Below are positions 8,803 to 18,662 of a stretch of 64,000 bases of DNA, one piece after another. How positions within the stretch are numbered: position 1 is the stretch's first letter; the number at the start of each line of letters is the position of its first letter. Source of the stretch: a virus. Both the position numbers and the translations under genes were made by a program. The stretch spans positions 600 through 64,599 of the IMG/VR virus record IMGVR_UViG_3300032893_000037. The stretch is one strand, 5' to 3'. The notes below the pieces were generated by a model. That model was given only the letters and a program-made list of their open reading frames with translations, was not told the origin of the DNA and did no database searches.

Positions 8803-11628
8803 TCACTGGTAAGCAGTCGTGTCTTGATAAGCGATGACGATGTTCGACAGCACGAAGTCCGGCGATGTCGTGTGCATCTGTGCGGCGAGCGTGCTGAACG
8901 TGAAACCGCCCGTGCCGTTGCCCCATACCGGGAAATAAGGAACCGGCGCCGGGAACTGCGGCTGAGCGAAGAGCACATCCGGAAAGTTCTGCGCTGTGAA
9001 CGTGGCGTTGAACACGCTTTGCGCATCGAAGCCGTCATTCTCTGGCGGCTGCACGGCAATGCCGGAGGCCACCATGTTGACGTTAATGTTGATACCGTCG
9101 TCGCTCTGATCCTGCGCCTGAAGATAGAGGTTCAGGAAATCCTTGAGCATGATCACGCTGTCCGTGCCGTACATCTTGGTCGTTATGCGTTTGACCAGTG
9201 TCGTGGACGGGCGGTTAAACAGCGGGTAGATCGATCTGCCGTCCGTACCCCATGCGAAGCACTGTCCGTTGACTTCCTGCGTACCGATGAACGTCAAGTC
9301 CGGCGTCTGCGAGAAGATGCCCCACGTCTGTGAATTCCATCCCACCAGCACCGTGCGGGCTTGGAACGTCTCCGGATCGGTAATCGTGCAGAGCAGGAAG
9401 TAGTACTTCACGTTGAACACGTCGGCGACAGCGCTGCACGGCGTGACCGCGCCTTGCACTGGCGGAAACACGGCGCTCTGAAACAGCTGCGTGATCTTGG
9501 CCGAAATATTCGTCATCGCGCCGCCGTAGAGGCCGTAAATGCCGGTCGCGTTGGCGCTGACGATGGTGCGTCCAAAGTCCTGCTGACTGTCGCGCCACGC
9601 CATGCCGATCTGCGGATCGACGTTGGCGAATGTGAACGTCGTCGTCGGTGGGTCGCCTGTTGTCTGCACGTTGGAGATCACCGACGCCGACGAGTCGCCG
9701 AAGGCGTAGAGGTAACCGTTCGACTGACGCAGCCCGGTGAAGTTTTTCCGCAGAAACCGATCCGAGTTCAGGAACGCCACGCCACCGTCTGCCGTCGCAT
9801 AGTCGACCAGCGATCCGGCTGCGCTCACAAGCATGTCGCCGCCAGTCGGCACCGTCGTTTTCTGGAACGGAACGACAAGCCAGATGCGGGAATTGAATGT
9901 CTCCGCGTCCGCACCGCTGATGCCGAATGGCATCATCGTCATGATGGCTTGTGCGGCGTTATTCGATCCTGGGTTCACGATCACCGCAGGCGTCTGGGTG
10001 TAACCCGTTCCCTGATTGCTCATGATGACAGACGCAATCGAGGTGCCGGTCAGATAGGCCGTCGCCGTCGCACTCGGAGCACCTGTCGGCAATCCGCCGC
10101 CAGAGAACGAAATGTATGGCGGCAGTGTGTAGCCCGAACCTGCGTTGTTCAGCGTGACGGCGATCACCTGTCCGTTTTCGATAATCGCTGTTCCGGATGC
10201 GCCGGAGCCGTTGGTGTCCGCATTATGGAAGACGACGCCAGGAACGGACGAGTAAGGCCCGCCGCCGCTCGTAACAGCAATGGACGAAATGGATGTCGCG
10301 GTCAGCCGTACGTTCCCGACCGCGCCGACACCGTTGCCACCTTGGATCGTGAGCGGTGGCGGAAAGGTGAAATTCGAACCGCCGTTTATGACATTGATAC
10401 CAGCGACGCTACCACTTGCGAGGAACGCAACCGCAGTCGCATTGATGCCATCGCCGATCAACGCGACAGTCGGCGGCGATGTGTAACCGCTGCCAGGATT
10501 CGTAATAGTAATGGTGTCGACCGCATCGCCAGAGAGCGTTGCAGTGCCCTGTGCTGTCGTTCCAGATGGCGGTGGCGAAATCGTCACTGTCGGCGGCGAT
10601 GTGTAATCCCGCCCGGCATTGGTCGAGTGAATCGCAACAACAAAGCCGTTCTGAATGACAGCGAACCCTGCGGCTTGGTTGCCGCCGCCGCCCGTCACCG
10701 TCACTGTCGGCGCCGTCACATAGCCGCCGCCCGGATTGGTGATGTTGTAGCCCTGAACGGACCCGGCATTGATGATAGCCGTAGCAGTCGCTTGATCGCC
10801 GGTCGGAGCAGAGAACTGGACCGAAACCGTCGAGTAGCCCGAGCCGCCATTCGTGACGCTGGCCGATGCCACGGTCCCGGAAGAGAGCACCGCTTCCAAG
10901 ATCGCGCCGGTATCAGAACCGCCGCCAGAGAACTGGAGCTGCACCTGATCGCCCGGCACATAGCCGCCGCCAGGATTGGTCACGACAACCTGCTGCACCT
11001 GACCGTTGATGACGGTCGGCGTAACCGTGATGCCGCTACCGGCACCGCCGAATGGCGTCACTGTCGGCGTGGACGAGTAGTTCGCGCCGGTCGATTGCAA
11101 CGTGATCTGCGGGCCGACAGTACCGGACTGGTAAAGCAGCGAGCCGTCCCAAATCCAGAAGCCGTTGAAAGCGTTGTTGTTGGCGATGACGATGTACTGC
11201 GTGCCCCATTGCACGCAGACCGGAAGCGACGTGCCGGAGTAGAAGGTGCCAATCGCCGACGAGATCGGCGTAGTTACGCCATCGGACTGGCGAACCTGAA
11301 CGGCAGTGCCGTCCGTGAAGAACGCGGCGACATAATCCGTCGCACCGATGTTGTACCAAAAGAAATACGGCAGCAGCGTCTTGTTGCGCGGCGCCGTGTA
11401 GAAGGCTGCACCCGCATCATAGGCCGTGCGCAGATAACCGTTGCCCAGTCGAAAGAAGTTCTCGCAGTACGAGAACTCCTTGTCATCGATGGCGGGCGGC
11501 GTGTCCTGAAGGTTCAGGCCCGCGAAAGGGAACGCACTCCACAGCTTCGTGCCGGGAATGATGCCAAGCGTCTGTTCTGCTTTCGCGGCGAATTGCCCTG
11601 GAGGCGCCTTCTTTCCTTGCTGGGACAC
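8803..11628 (-). CDS. Tail tubular/nozzle-like protein with inserted GSGYT beta-repeat region
   Basis: 941 aa, directly after adaptor-like gene; central tandem TNxGxGYTSPPTVT units. Confidence 0.65.
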   Translation of the reverse strand: MSQQGKKAPPGQFAAKAEQTLGIIPGTKLWSAFPFAGLNLQDTPPAIDDKEFSYCENFFRLGNGYLRTAYDAGAAFYTAPRNKTLLPYFFWYNIGATDYVAAFFTDGTAVQVRQSDGVTTPISSAIGTFYSGTSLPVCVQWGTQYIVIANNNAFNGFWIWDGSLLYQSGTVGPQITLQSTGANYSSTPTVTPFGGAGSGITVTPTVINGQVQQVVVTNPGGGYVPGDQVQLQFSGGGSDTGAILEAVLSSGTVASASVTNGGSGYSTVSVQFSAPTGDQATATAIINAGSVQGYNITNPGGGYVTAPTVTVTGGGGNQAAGFAVIQNGFVVAIHSTNAGRDYTSPPTVTISPPPSGTTAQGTATLSGDAVDTITITNPGSGYTSPPTVALIGDGINATAVAFLASGSVAGINVINGGSNFTFPPPLTIQGGNGVGAVGNVRLTATSISSIAVTSGGGPYSSVPGVVFHNADTNGSGASGTAIIENGQVIAVTLNNAGSGYTLPPYISFSGGGLPTGAPSATATAYLTGTSIASVIMSNQGTGYTQTPAVIVNPGSNNAAQAIMTMMPFGISGADAETFNSRIWLVVPFQKTTVPTGGDMLVSAAGSLVDYATADGGVAFLNSDRFLRKNFTGLRQSNGYLYAFGDSSASVISNVQTTGDPPTTTFTFANVDPQIGMAWRDSQQDFGRTIVSANATGIYGLYGGAMTNISAKITQLFQSAVFPPVQGAVTPCSAVADVFNVKYYFLLCTITDPETFQARTVLVGWNSQTWGIFSQTPDLTFIGTQEVNGQCFAWGTDGRSIYPLFNRPSTTLVKRITTKMYGTDSVIMLKDFLNLYLQAQDQSDDGININVNMVASGIAVQPPENDGFDAQSVFNATFTAQNFPDVLFAQPQFPAPVPYFPVWGNGTGGFTFSTLAAQMHTTSPDFVLSNIVIAYQDTTAYQ

Positions 11629-11629
11629 G

Positions 11630-11848
11630 TCAGTGCTCCACGCCGCTTATGCGTGAGGCCACAAACGCCGCCGCGTTACTCTCCACTTTGCGAGCAATCG
11701 GGTTGTCTCGTTCGGCCAGCGCAATGATGGTGTCAAGAAGTAGCGCGAGTGTCTGGGTTGGGATTTTGGTTTCAGACAGCGAAACGTCGAGTGACGACCG
11801 CATGGAGCGCGCCAGCGTCCATGTGGATGCAAGCTGGTTGTGGATCAA
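11630..11848 (-). CDS. Hypothetical protein
   Basis: Fills the gap between tail genes. Confidence 0.45.
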   Translation of the reverse strand: MIHNQLASTWTLARSMRSSLDVSLSETKIPTQTLALLLDTIIALAERDNPIARKVESNAAAFVASRISGVEH

Positions 11849-11851
11849 CGA

Positions 11852-12658
11852 TCACAGGCCCCATTGATAGAAGTTCGCTGTCTTGCCCATGTCGACGGCG
11901 ACGCGCGCGATGCCCAAGCGTTCAGTGAACATGTCCATCATGATCTGAGCCTGTGCGTAGCGCCGCGATGTCATGTAGGCGAGCGCCGCCGCTCCGTACT
12001 TGATCGCGTTGGCAAAGCCGTCCGGGATCGCGTCGAAGTCGTCGTCGCTGTAGATGTCGTTCGGGATGCAGAACACGTCGAGTTCGATTTCCATCTGAAA
12101 CGACGGCACCGGAAACAGCCAGATTTCGCCCTCTTCGCCGTCGTTGTAGGTCGACCACCAGTACGGATACGACGTGACGAGCGTGGCGTAGGCCCGGCCA
12201 TACGCTTGCAGGTTCTCCCACGGCATCCACGCCAACGAAGGCCGCGGGCTCGCACTCTGACCCGAACCCCAACACACCGAGCAGGCGATGGTGTCGATGG
12301 CGCTCTTGATGCCCTGGTACTGCGCTTGCAGGATTGGGTTGACGAAGCCGCGATACGGATACCGTTCGACGTTCGGGATCGTCATGAAGCTGTTGGTGGC
12401 CGCGTTGAAGTTCGCGCCAGGATTGGCACCGGGCAACGCGCCCGGCTGCATTCCACCGGGGATAATAGAGTTCGCCTGCGCAGATGCACCGTACGCAGAT
12501 TGACCCGCTACCAAGCGGCGAATGCAGCCAGTACGTTGAGCGGCTTGTCGCCGCGCTTCGTTGATCCAGCGTGTGAGCTGGTTCTGTGACGTGAACGAAT
12601 ACGCTTGGTCGTGGAGAAGCGCGCTCGTATCGTTCTGATAAAAGCTCCACTTCGCCAC
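11852..12658 (-). CDS. Head-tail adaptor-like protein
   Basis: Helical N-terminus (QLTRWINEARRQAA), C-terminal IPDGFANAIKYGAAALAY; position after capsid genes. Confidence 0.65.
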   Translation of the reverse strand: MAKWSFYQNDTSALLHDQAYSFTSQNQLTRWINEARRQAAQRTGCIRRLVAGQSAYGASAQANSIIPGGMQPGALPGANPGANFNAATNSFMTIPNVERYPYRGFVNPILQAQYQGIKSAIDTIACSVCWGSGQSASPRPSLAWMPWENLQAYGRAYATLVTSYPYWWSTYNDGEEGEIWLFPVPSFQMEIELDVFCIPNDIYSDDDFDAIPDGFANAIKYGAAALAYMTSRRYAQAQIMMDMFTERLGIARVAVDMGKTANFYQWGL

Positions 12659-12673
12659 GACTGTGATCCAGTC

Positions 12674-13765
12674 TTAGGTCGTCAAAACAACCGAAACGTC
12701 GTTCTGACCGCCCATCGTTGCCGACAACACGGCGGCAACAGCGCCCGCACCCTGCGGGAACGAGCCAAGCGTGTAGATCGTCGGCTGCGCCGGGTAGATG
12801 CCGCCATCGAGCACAACCTGACCTGTCGCGGTGAACGCGGTGCCGGACAGAGCGCCGACGATGCGAGCCTCGCGGCCCTTCAGCAGCGACGTGCCAATGG
12901 TCGGGTTTGTGCCCGTGCCGGAAAGCGCAGGCGCATAGGCCGTCACGATGACCGGCGTCACATAACCCGAGCCCGCGGTCGTTGCCGACACGGTGTAGGC
13001 CGTGATCGACCAGCACATGATGCCGGTCGCCGCAGCGGACGAACCGCCGCCGCCTGTGATGGTAAGGACCGGAACGGATGTGCCCGAAACCGGAGTGCCG
13101 TGGTCGAGAACGACAATCGCGGTAACTGTCTGAGCGCCCGTGAGTGTGGTAACCGCCGCCGCGTTGTAGCCGATTGTCGTGCCGTTCAGACCTTCACGCG
13201 GGTCGTTCTGGAACGTGACAATCGGCGGGCTCGAATAGCCTGCACCCTGATCGGTGACGGTAACCGTCGACACCGCACCGGCAGAGAGCGTGCAGTAGCC
13301 TGTGGCCTGCACACCGCCAGCCGGAGGGGCTGCGAAAAGAACCAGCGGCGGATAGGTATAGCCGGAGCCGCCGTTCGTAACCGTGACAGAGGTGTTGATG
13401 GCGCCGCCGACGATGGCGCGCAGAACCGGCGAGCCGGATGCCGCTGTGACTGTCGGTGCGGACGTGTAGCCCGAACCAGCAGTCGTCACATAGGCGCCGA
13501 CCATACACCCGGTCTGATTGGCGAGGCGGTAGTTATTGCCGTCGCCCTTGACGCGCTCAAGGCTAGCACTTGTCGAGCCGCCGCCAACCGTACGCCAAAT
13601 CTGCGTGATCGGGTCGTACTCTTGGATGACCGTGTACTTGCCGGGCTTGGCTTCGAACCAGTCGTTGGGAAGCGGATAGACCGCTCCGGCCTGAAGCTCG
13701 ATTACGTTGGTGACGTAACCCTTCAGATCAGGGAGGACGCCATTACCGCCGAAAAACAAACTCAT
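12674..13765 (-). CDS. Head decoration / fibre protein with GSGYT repeats
   Basis: Immediately downstream of capsid gene; repeated AGSGYTSAPTVT motifs. Confidence 0.6.
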   Translation of the reverse strand: MSLFFGGNGVLPDLKGYVTNVIELQAGAVYPLPNDWFEAKPGKYTVIQEYDPITQIWRTVGGGSTSASLERVKGDGNNYRLANQTGCMVGAYVTTAGSGYTSAPTVTAASGSPVLRAIVGGAINTSVTVTNGGSGYTYPPLVLFAAPPAGGVQATGYCTLSAGAVSTVTVTDQGAGYSSPPIVTFQNDPREGLNGTTIGYNAAAVTTLTGAQTVTAIVVLDHGTPVSGTSVPVLTITGGGGSSAAATGIMCWSITAYTVSATTAGSGYVTPVIVTAYAPALSGTGTNPTIGTSLLKGREARIVGALSGTAFTATGQVVLDGGIYPAQPTIYTLGSFPQGAGAVAAVLSATMGGQNDVSVVLTT

Positions 13766-13778
13766 CGGGTACTACTCC

Positions 13779-14849
13779 TTAAATCACAGCTGGCTGCGTG
13801 TTCGGAACGTTCGGCCACGCGGCACCAGTGATGCCGGTGACGTGCGAGCCCGAAGACGGCTTTGCACAGCAAAGGTCGGAAGCGCTGATCAGCACGCCCA
13901 CGTCGGAGATTTGTCCGACCGGGATTTGCGATTCGAAGCCGCTGAACGTCATCGGCGCGAACTCGCTCATGTAGAGCGACAGGTAGCGCGAGTTGATGAA
14001 GTACATGTCTCCGAACGGACAGAACGGATCAGGGAAGATCGGCGTGTCCATGATGCGGATCGCACGGAAGCCCGACGACACGATGTCGTCCTTGTCGTAA
14101 ATCGACTTCGGCTTCGTCGTGAACATTTCGAGGTTCATGAAGTCGCTCATGAGCACGGCCCACTGAGCGGGGTTCATCACCGCGAAGTCCGGAGCTTCAC
14201 CGCCAGCGCCGTTCATGACGCGGGTGAGCAGCTGCGCCATACCAACACGCGTCGTGGGCGCGCCGCCCGCGTTCGTGATGTACTGGCCCTGCCAATACTG
14301 CGTGCCGGTCTTGGTGATGCCGCCGTACGACGGAACGTTCGTGCCGTCGTCATAAGCCTGATACAGCGAGTCCCAAGCCTGGGCGTTCGCGTAGTTATTG
14401 CTGTAGAGCGCCTGCGCGTACGCCTGCTTGATCACCACAGCAGCGTCCGACATCACGGCACGCAGCTTCGGGATCACGACTTCGGACGACTGGAGGATGG
14501 CTTCCATTCCGAAGAAGCCAATCGGCACCATGCCGAGCTTGAGGTTGAACTGCGCGTCTTGCAGCGCTGCCTGATCGGTCGGCAGCGGGAAGTCGCCCGA
14601 GAACGAACCCCAGTTAAACGACACGAAGGACGCGCCCTGGATCGGGAACGTAACCTGCGAAATGCCGCCGCGCGCCGTCTGTGCGTTCGCCATTAGAAGC
14701 GAAAGCAACGGGTGCGCCTGATAAATCTGGACGAAGACGCTGGGCACGAAAGCGCGGCGTGTGATTGCCGCGAGCTGTGCGCCAAGCTGACCGCCCGGAA
14801 CCAGACCGCTGTTAACGACTGGGCCTACTGGTGAAGACGGGAACGCCAC
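13779..14849 (-). CDS. Major capsid protein (HK97-fold)
   Basis: 356 aa after scaffold; AITRRAFVPSVFVQIY, PDFAVMNP, DMYFINSRYLSL patterns. Confidence 0.85.
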   Translation of the reverse strand: MAFPSSPVGPVVNSGLVPGGQLGAQLAAITRRAFVPSVFVQIYQAHPLLSLLMANAQTARGGISQVTFPIQGASFVSFNWGSFSGDFPLPTDQAALQDAQFNLKLGMVPIGFFGMEAILQSSEVVIPKLRAVMSDAAVVIKQAYAQALYSNNYANAQAWDSLYQAYDDGTNVPSYGGITKTGTQYWQGQYITNAGGAPTTRVGMAQLLTRVMNGAGGEAPDFAVMNPAQWAVLMSDFMNLEMFTTKPKSIYDKDDIVSSGFRAIRIMDTPIFPDPFCPFGDMYFINSRYLSLYMSEFAPMTFSGFESQIPVGQISDVGVLISASDLCCAKPSSGSHVTGITGAAWPNVPNTQPAVI

Positions 14850-14881
14850 TTACACTACTCCTTTAGCAACGACGACCGCGC

Positions 14882-15472
14882 TTACGCATTGCCGAACGTC
14901 TCGTTGGTGTATTTCTCTGGATCACTCACGAACTCGCGCAGCTGATCATCGAGATAGCGGCGCGGGTCCTGGTGAAGAGCGGTCCATTGCTCGTCACGCT
15001 TCTGCGTTCCAAAGAGGTTTGATGATTCCGGAAGCCACGTTGGTGTTGTGGTCGGTTCCGGTTTCGGCGTCTGCGAAACAACCCACGCGGCGGCTGCATC
15101 TGCATCGGTGACGTTGCCCGTCTCCTGCATCCGCTTGACCATCTTCTCGTAACCCGCGTCGGTCAGGCCGAATCTCTTGCGCGCATCCGCAAGCTTGATG
15201 CCCATCTCGTTTTCAGCGCGAAGGTCGTTGTCCGCCTTCTCTTTCGCCGCGAGACGATCCAATGCTTCCTTCAGCTGCGTCTTCACCCCATCAAGTTCGG
15301 CTTTGACGGGCGCGATCTCGCGCTCCACCGCCTTGTTGGGGTTCGGCTCCGGAATGTTGGCGTCGGGGTACTTTTCCCGCGCCATCTTCCGCGCCGCCGC
15401 GCCGACTTCATCGTCACGAAGCAAAAGCTCCTTAACGAATTCGATCTCGCGCGGGATTTGCTGGTCAGCCAC
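14882..15472 (-). CDS. Capsid scaffolding protein
   Basis: Charged coiled coil immediately upstream of the capsid gene. Confidence 0.7.
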   Translation of the reverse strand: MADQQIPREIEFVKELLLRDDEVGAAARKMAREKYPDANIPEPNPNKAVEREIAPVKAELDGVKTQLKEALDRLAAKEKADNDLRAENEMGIKLADARKRFGLTDAGYEKMVKRMQETGNVTDADAAAAWVVSQTPKPEPTTTPTWLPESSNLFGTQKRDEQWTALHQDPRRYLDDQLREFVSDPEKYTNETFGNA

Positions 15473-15474
15473 GG

Positions 15475-15663
15475 TTACTTGCTCCCGCTGGCCGTGCCGC
15501 CGACATGATCAAGCCCCATGCCTTCCTTCTTCATGCCCTTCGGCAGACCGGAATTGCGGGCGCCAATCGACAGCGTTTCGAACGGCACGTACTCCATCAT
15601 CGGGTCCTTCTTGACCGTGTTGACGTACGCGCGGGGGAAACGGCCCTTATCGGTGTCAGACAT
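15475..15663 (-). CDS. Small hypothetical protein
   Basis: SD aaggag upstream; in operon. Confidence 0.6.
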   Translation of the reverse strand: MSDTDKGRFPRAYVNTVKKDPMMEYVPFETLSIGARNSGLPKGMKKEGMGLDHVGGTASGSK

Positions 15664-15675
15664 TGTTGATGCTCC

Positions 15676-16062
15676 TTACTGCATGGGCTGTTGCGGCTGT
15701 GCGCCACCACCCGGAGCACCCGGTTGCTGGAACATCTTCTGCAACATCGCCTGTTGAGGGTTCTGCTGTGCTTCGCGCGCGAGCGCGGACAGCGCTTGAA
15801 TCTGTGCGGCGTGATCTTCGTTGCCGCCTGTCATACGGCGGCTGATGTCGGTGACTGCTTTCAGGACGGCGCTATGCAGCTCGCTGCCCATCGGCAACCC
15901 GACGAGCGCTTTCTGCAAAGCTTCAACGCCTGCATGAAGAAGAGAGAGTGCCTGCGCACCTTGTCCGGGCATCGGACGCATCTGCTGCGCCGCGCCTGTG
16001 CCGCCAGCTGGCATCGGAGGCTGCTGCGGCTGTCCCGGAAGTCCTTGCTGCTGCGGGATCAT
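15676..16062 (-). CDS. Gln/Pro-rich hypothetical protein
   Basis: 128-aa ORF in head module. Confidence 0.65.
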   Translation of the reverse strand: MIPQQQGLPGQPQQPPMPAGGTGAAQQMRPMPGQGAQALSLLHAGVEALQKALVGLPMGSELHSAVLKAVTDISRRMTGGNEDHAAQIQALSALAREAQQNPQQAMLQKMFQQPGAPGGGAQPQQPMQ

Positions 16063-16084
16063 AAAATCCTACGCGCCACAGCGC

Positions 16085-16129
16085 GGCCACCGTGCGAACG
16101 TGATGAGGCAAACGTTCGGAACGGTGGCC
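16085..16129. other. Long interrupted hairpin in late-operon leader
   Basis: GGCCACCGT/ACGGTGGCC (9 bp) plus CGAACGT/ACGTTCG (7 bp) with an internal loop. Confidence 0.65.
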
Positions 16130-16135
16130 GAACGC

Positions 16136-16168
16136 TTACTTGCGGCGATGCTTACGGCGACGAGCCAT
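16136..16168 (-). CDS. Basic micropeptide MARRRKHRRK
   Basis: AAGGAGG-5 nt-ATG GCT CGT CGC CGT AAG CAT CGC CGC AAG TAA. Confidence 0.6.
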   Translation of the reverse strand: MARRRKHRRK

Positions 16169-16230
16169 GTGAGCCTCCTTGTGGTGAACGGCACCTGCAT
16201 CAGAGAGACACTCCTGATCTCTGATACGCC

Positions 16231-16249
16231 GTGTGCTGGTTTGGTACTG
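16231..16249 (+). promoter_or_regulatory. GTGC-N7-GTAC motif in capsid/portal divergent region
   Basis: GTGTGCTGGTTTGGTACTG. Confidence 0.45.
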
Positions 16250-16319
16250 CAATAAACTCAAGAATGCAATATGTAGTGCTCAATAATCGCAATAACGCGA
16301 TTAGATGAGATGTAATAGA

Positions 16320-18107
16320 ATGCACGTTCCGTCTTCGAAACTTGAGAAGTTTGTCTCTGAACTTGTCAGCGAATGCTTGGTGTCGCGGCAAACGCGCATC
16401 CAGAAATACGCGGCCTACAAGAACATGTTCTTGATCGGATCGGATAACCCCGACGATGCCGCGATCTACAACAAGACGTTCGCGTACATCGATGATCTCG
16501 AAAGCCTGTTGTATTCGCCGGTCTCGCTGCGCTTTCACATCGGCGAGTACGACACGCCGACACCGCTGGAGACGGCGAAGTTTCGCGTCGCTTCATCGAA
16601 CCTGCACGCGCAAGTCCGTCAGTCGCAGCTCGATACATCCATCAGCGATGCCGTGCAGTGGTCGCTCGTCAAAGGAAAGTGCTTCATCAAGCTGAAGTGG
16701 GGCGCACACGGACTGTCGCCGCACATCGTGCAGCCGGAGATGATGGGCGTGCTGCAAGAGAACCGCATGGTACTCGACAGCGACATGGAGGCGTTCGTCC
16801 ATTCGACTTACATCACGCCGTACCAGTTCCAGCGCCTGATCTGGAACCACCCCAACAAGGCCGCGCTGATCAAGAAATCGAAGCGCTATGTCCGTCCGCC
16901 GAAGGGCCAGGATGTCGGCGACGACCAAGCGATGAAACAGATCATCATCGGCGGGCTCTACCCGTTGCAGGCCGCAGGCAGTCCGAACCCCTCGATGCAG
17001 CGCGGCATCGTGGAGTGGATGCAAGGCGGTCAGCCGGAGCTGTCGCCGAAACTCATGCACTCCATCATGCGGCTCGATGAGCTGTGGGTGTGGAACGATG
17101 AGCAGGACGATTGGTCGACGTTCCAGATCATCGGCGACGACATGCTGATCATGGGCGAGGACTTCGTAACCAACGCCTACGCCTACGACCCGGTTACCAA
17201 GACGAAGGCCGAAGCGCTCGTCGGCCATCACCCGTTCAACGAGTTCTGCCCGAACCGTATCGATAACTACTTCTGGGGCCGCTCGGAGATCGTCAACGTG
17301 GCGCTCTTGCAGGAGTGCATCAACAGTCGCGTCAACGGCATCAACCAGCTACTGCGCCGCCAAGAAGACCCGCCGAAGAAATTCCGCGGCGTGGCCGGTG
17401 TGAACCAGAACGCGCTCGCCAAACTCAACAAGCCGGGCGGCTACTGGAACGACTCCAACCCGAACGCCAACGTGGAAAACATGGCGCCTGAAATCAGTGC
17501 CGATCTCTGGGCATCGCTGCATGAATACGAGCAGATGTTCGATGAGATGGGCGGTTTGCCGCCTATCGCAAAAGGTAAAGGCGAGTCCGGCGTGCGCTCA
17601 CAGGGCCATGCCGAAACACTCGTTCGCATGTTCAGCCCGCGCTTCAAGGATCGCGCACTCTTGGTGGAACGCGGCGTTGAAAGCGTTGGCGGCGCCGTGC
17701 TCGATCTCTGCCGCGTGTATGTGCCGGAACGGATGACGGCTTGGATTGCAGCCCAAGATGCCGGTGTCGAAGTCAACGTGGCGAACAATCCGAAGAACAA
17801 CGTGCTGCGGATGCCGCCAGTCCCCGGTCAGGTGCCGGTCGACTTCGCTTATGCCGATCTGCCCGAGAACGTTCGCGTCACGGTCGACAGCCATTCGTCG
17901 TCGCCCGCGTTCGCGATGGAAGCCCGCGCCCTCGCCTTCGATCTGCTCAAGGTCGGCGCGATGGATGCGGAGCAGCTGGTCGAACATGTCGACGCACCGA
18001 ACCCGGAAGAGCTGGTCGCCGGTATCGAACGCCGTGCGGCCCAACAGGCCCAGTTCCTTGCGCAACATCCGGAAGAAGCCGTGAAGCTCGCCCAGAAAAA
18101 GAAGTGA
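16320..18107 (+). CDS. Portal protein (inverted relative to head/terminase genes)
   Basis: About 595 aa; IYNKTFAYIDDLESLLY, HHPFNEFCPNRIDNYFWGRSEIVNVALLQECINSRVN portal-type pattern. Confidence 0.8.
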   Translation: MHVPSSKLEKFVSELVSECLVSRQTRIQKYAAYKNMFLIGSDNPDDAAIYNKTFAYIDDLESLLYSPVSLRFHIGEYDTPTPLETAKFRVASSNLHAQVRQSQLDTSISDAVQWSLVKGKCFIKLKWGAHGLSPHIVQPEMMGVLQENRMVLDSDMEAFVHSTYITPYQFQRLIWNHPNKAALIKKSKRYVRPPKGQDVGDDQAMKQIIIGGLYPLQAAGSPNPSMQRGIVEWMQGGQPELSPKLMHSIMRLDELWVWNDEQDDWSTFQIIGDDMLIMGEDFVTNAYAYDPVTKTKAEALVGHHPFNEFCPNRIDNYFWGRSEIVNVALLQECINSRVNGINQLLRRQEDPPKKFRGVAGVNQNALAKLNKPGGYWNDSNPNANVENMAPEISADLWASLHEYEQMFDEMGGLPPIAKGKGESGVRSQGHAETLVRMFSPRFKDRALLVERGVESVGGAVLDLCRVYVPERMTAWIAAQDAGVEVNVANNPKNNVLRMPPVPGQVPVDFAYADLPENVRVTVDSHSSSPAFAMEARALAFDLLKVGAMDAEQLVEHVDAPNPEELVAGIERRAAQQAQFLAQHPEEAVKLAQKKK

Positions 18108-18662
18108 TCAGTGCTGGACGGGCTCGCTGCCGACCCGGCGTAGCGCAACCCGTGCGTCCGGCAACACGGCCTTCACATCGAGCGCGCTTGCCTTGTAGGC
18201 CCCGCCAATCGCTCGCCGCATGATGTTCTTCATCTGCGCTTGCTGCCGCTTGTTCGGCGTGCCCTTCGGCGGGCCAAAGAAATTATCTGCCGCCTTCTGC
18301 TGCGCTGGCGGCAACCGCGGCGCCATGGTCTCGCCCTGGCGGATGTTGTCCTTGAGATCAGTCAGACCATAATCGGCCATGACGATGTTCGCGGCCTGAT
18401 CGATCTGTTTGACAACCGCAGCGCCGCCAATACCGGGAGCGCGCTGCTCCGCGATGACGCCCTCGATGCCGTCATGCGCGAGCGGCGGCATAGCCGTTTC
18501 AAACGCATCCCGGCGCTCAACCGTCTTGGCCTTCGTACATTTCGGACAAGGCGGATTGGGAACGTCATCAATCGTCTCGCCCAGCTCGTCATCGACTTCG
18601 ACAAGCCGCTTGTAACGGTGACGGCAATCCTCGCAGCGCAGAACGAGAAGATGCTTCTTCAT
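18108..18662 (-). CDS. Zinc-ribbon protein (FmdB-like)
   Basis: CEDC...CPKC. Confidence 0.65.
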   Translation of the reverse strand: MKKHLLVLRCEDCRHRYKRLVEVDDELGETIDDVPNPPCPKCTKAKTVERRDAFETAMPPLAHDGIEGVIAEQRAPGIGGAAVVKQIDQAANIVMADYGLTDLKDNIRQGETMAPRLPPAQQKAADNFFGPPKGTPNKRQQAQMKNIMRRAIGGAYKASALDVKAVLPDARVALRRVGSEPVQH

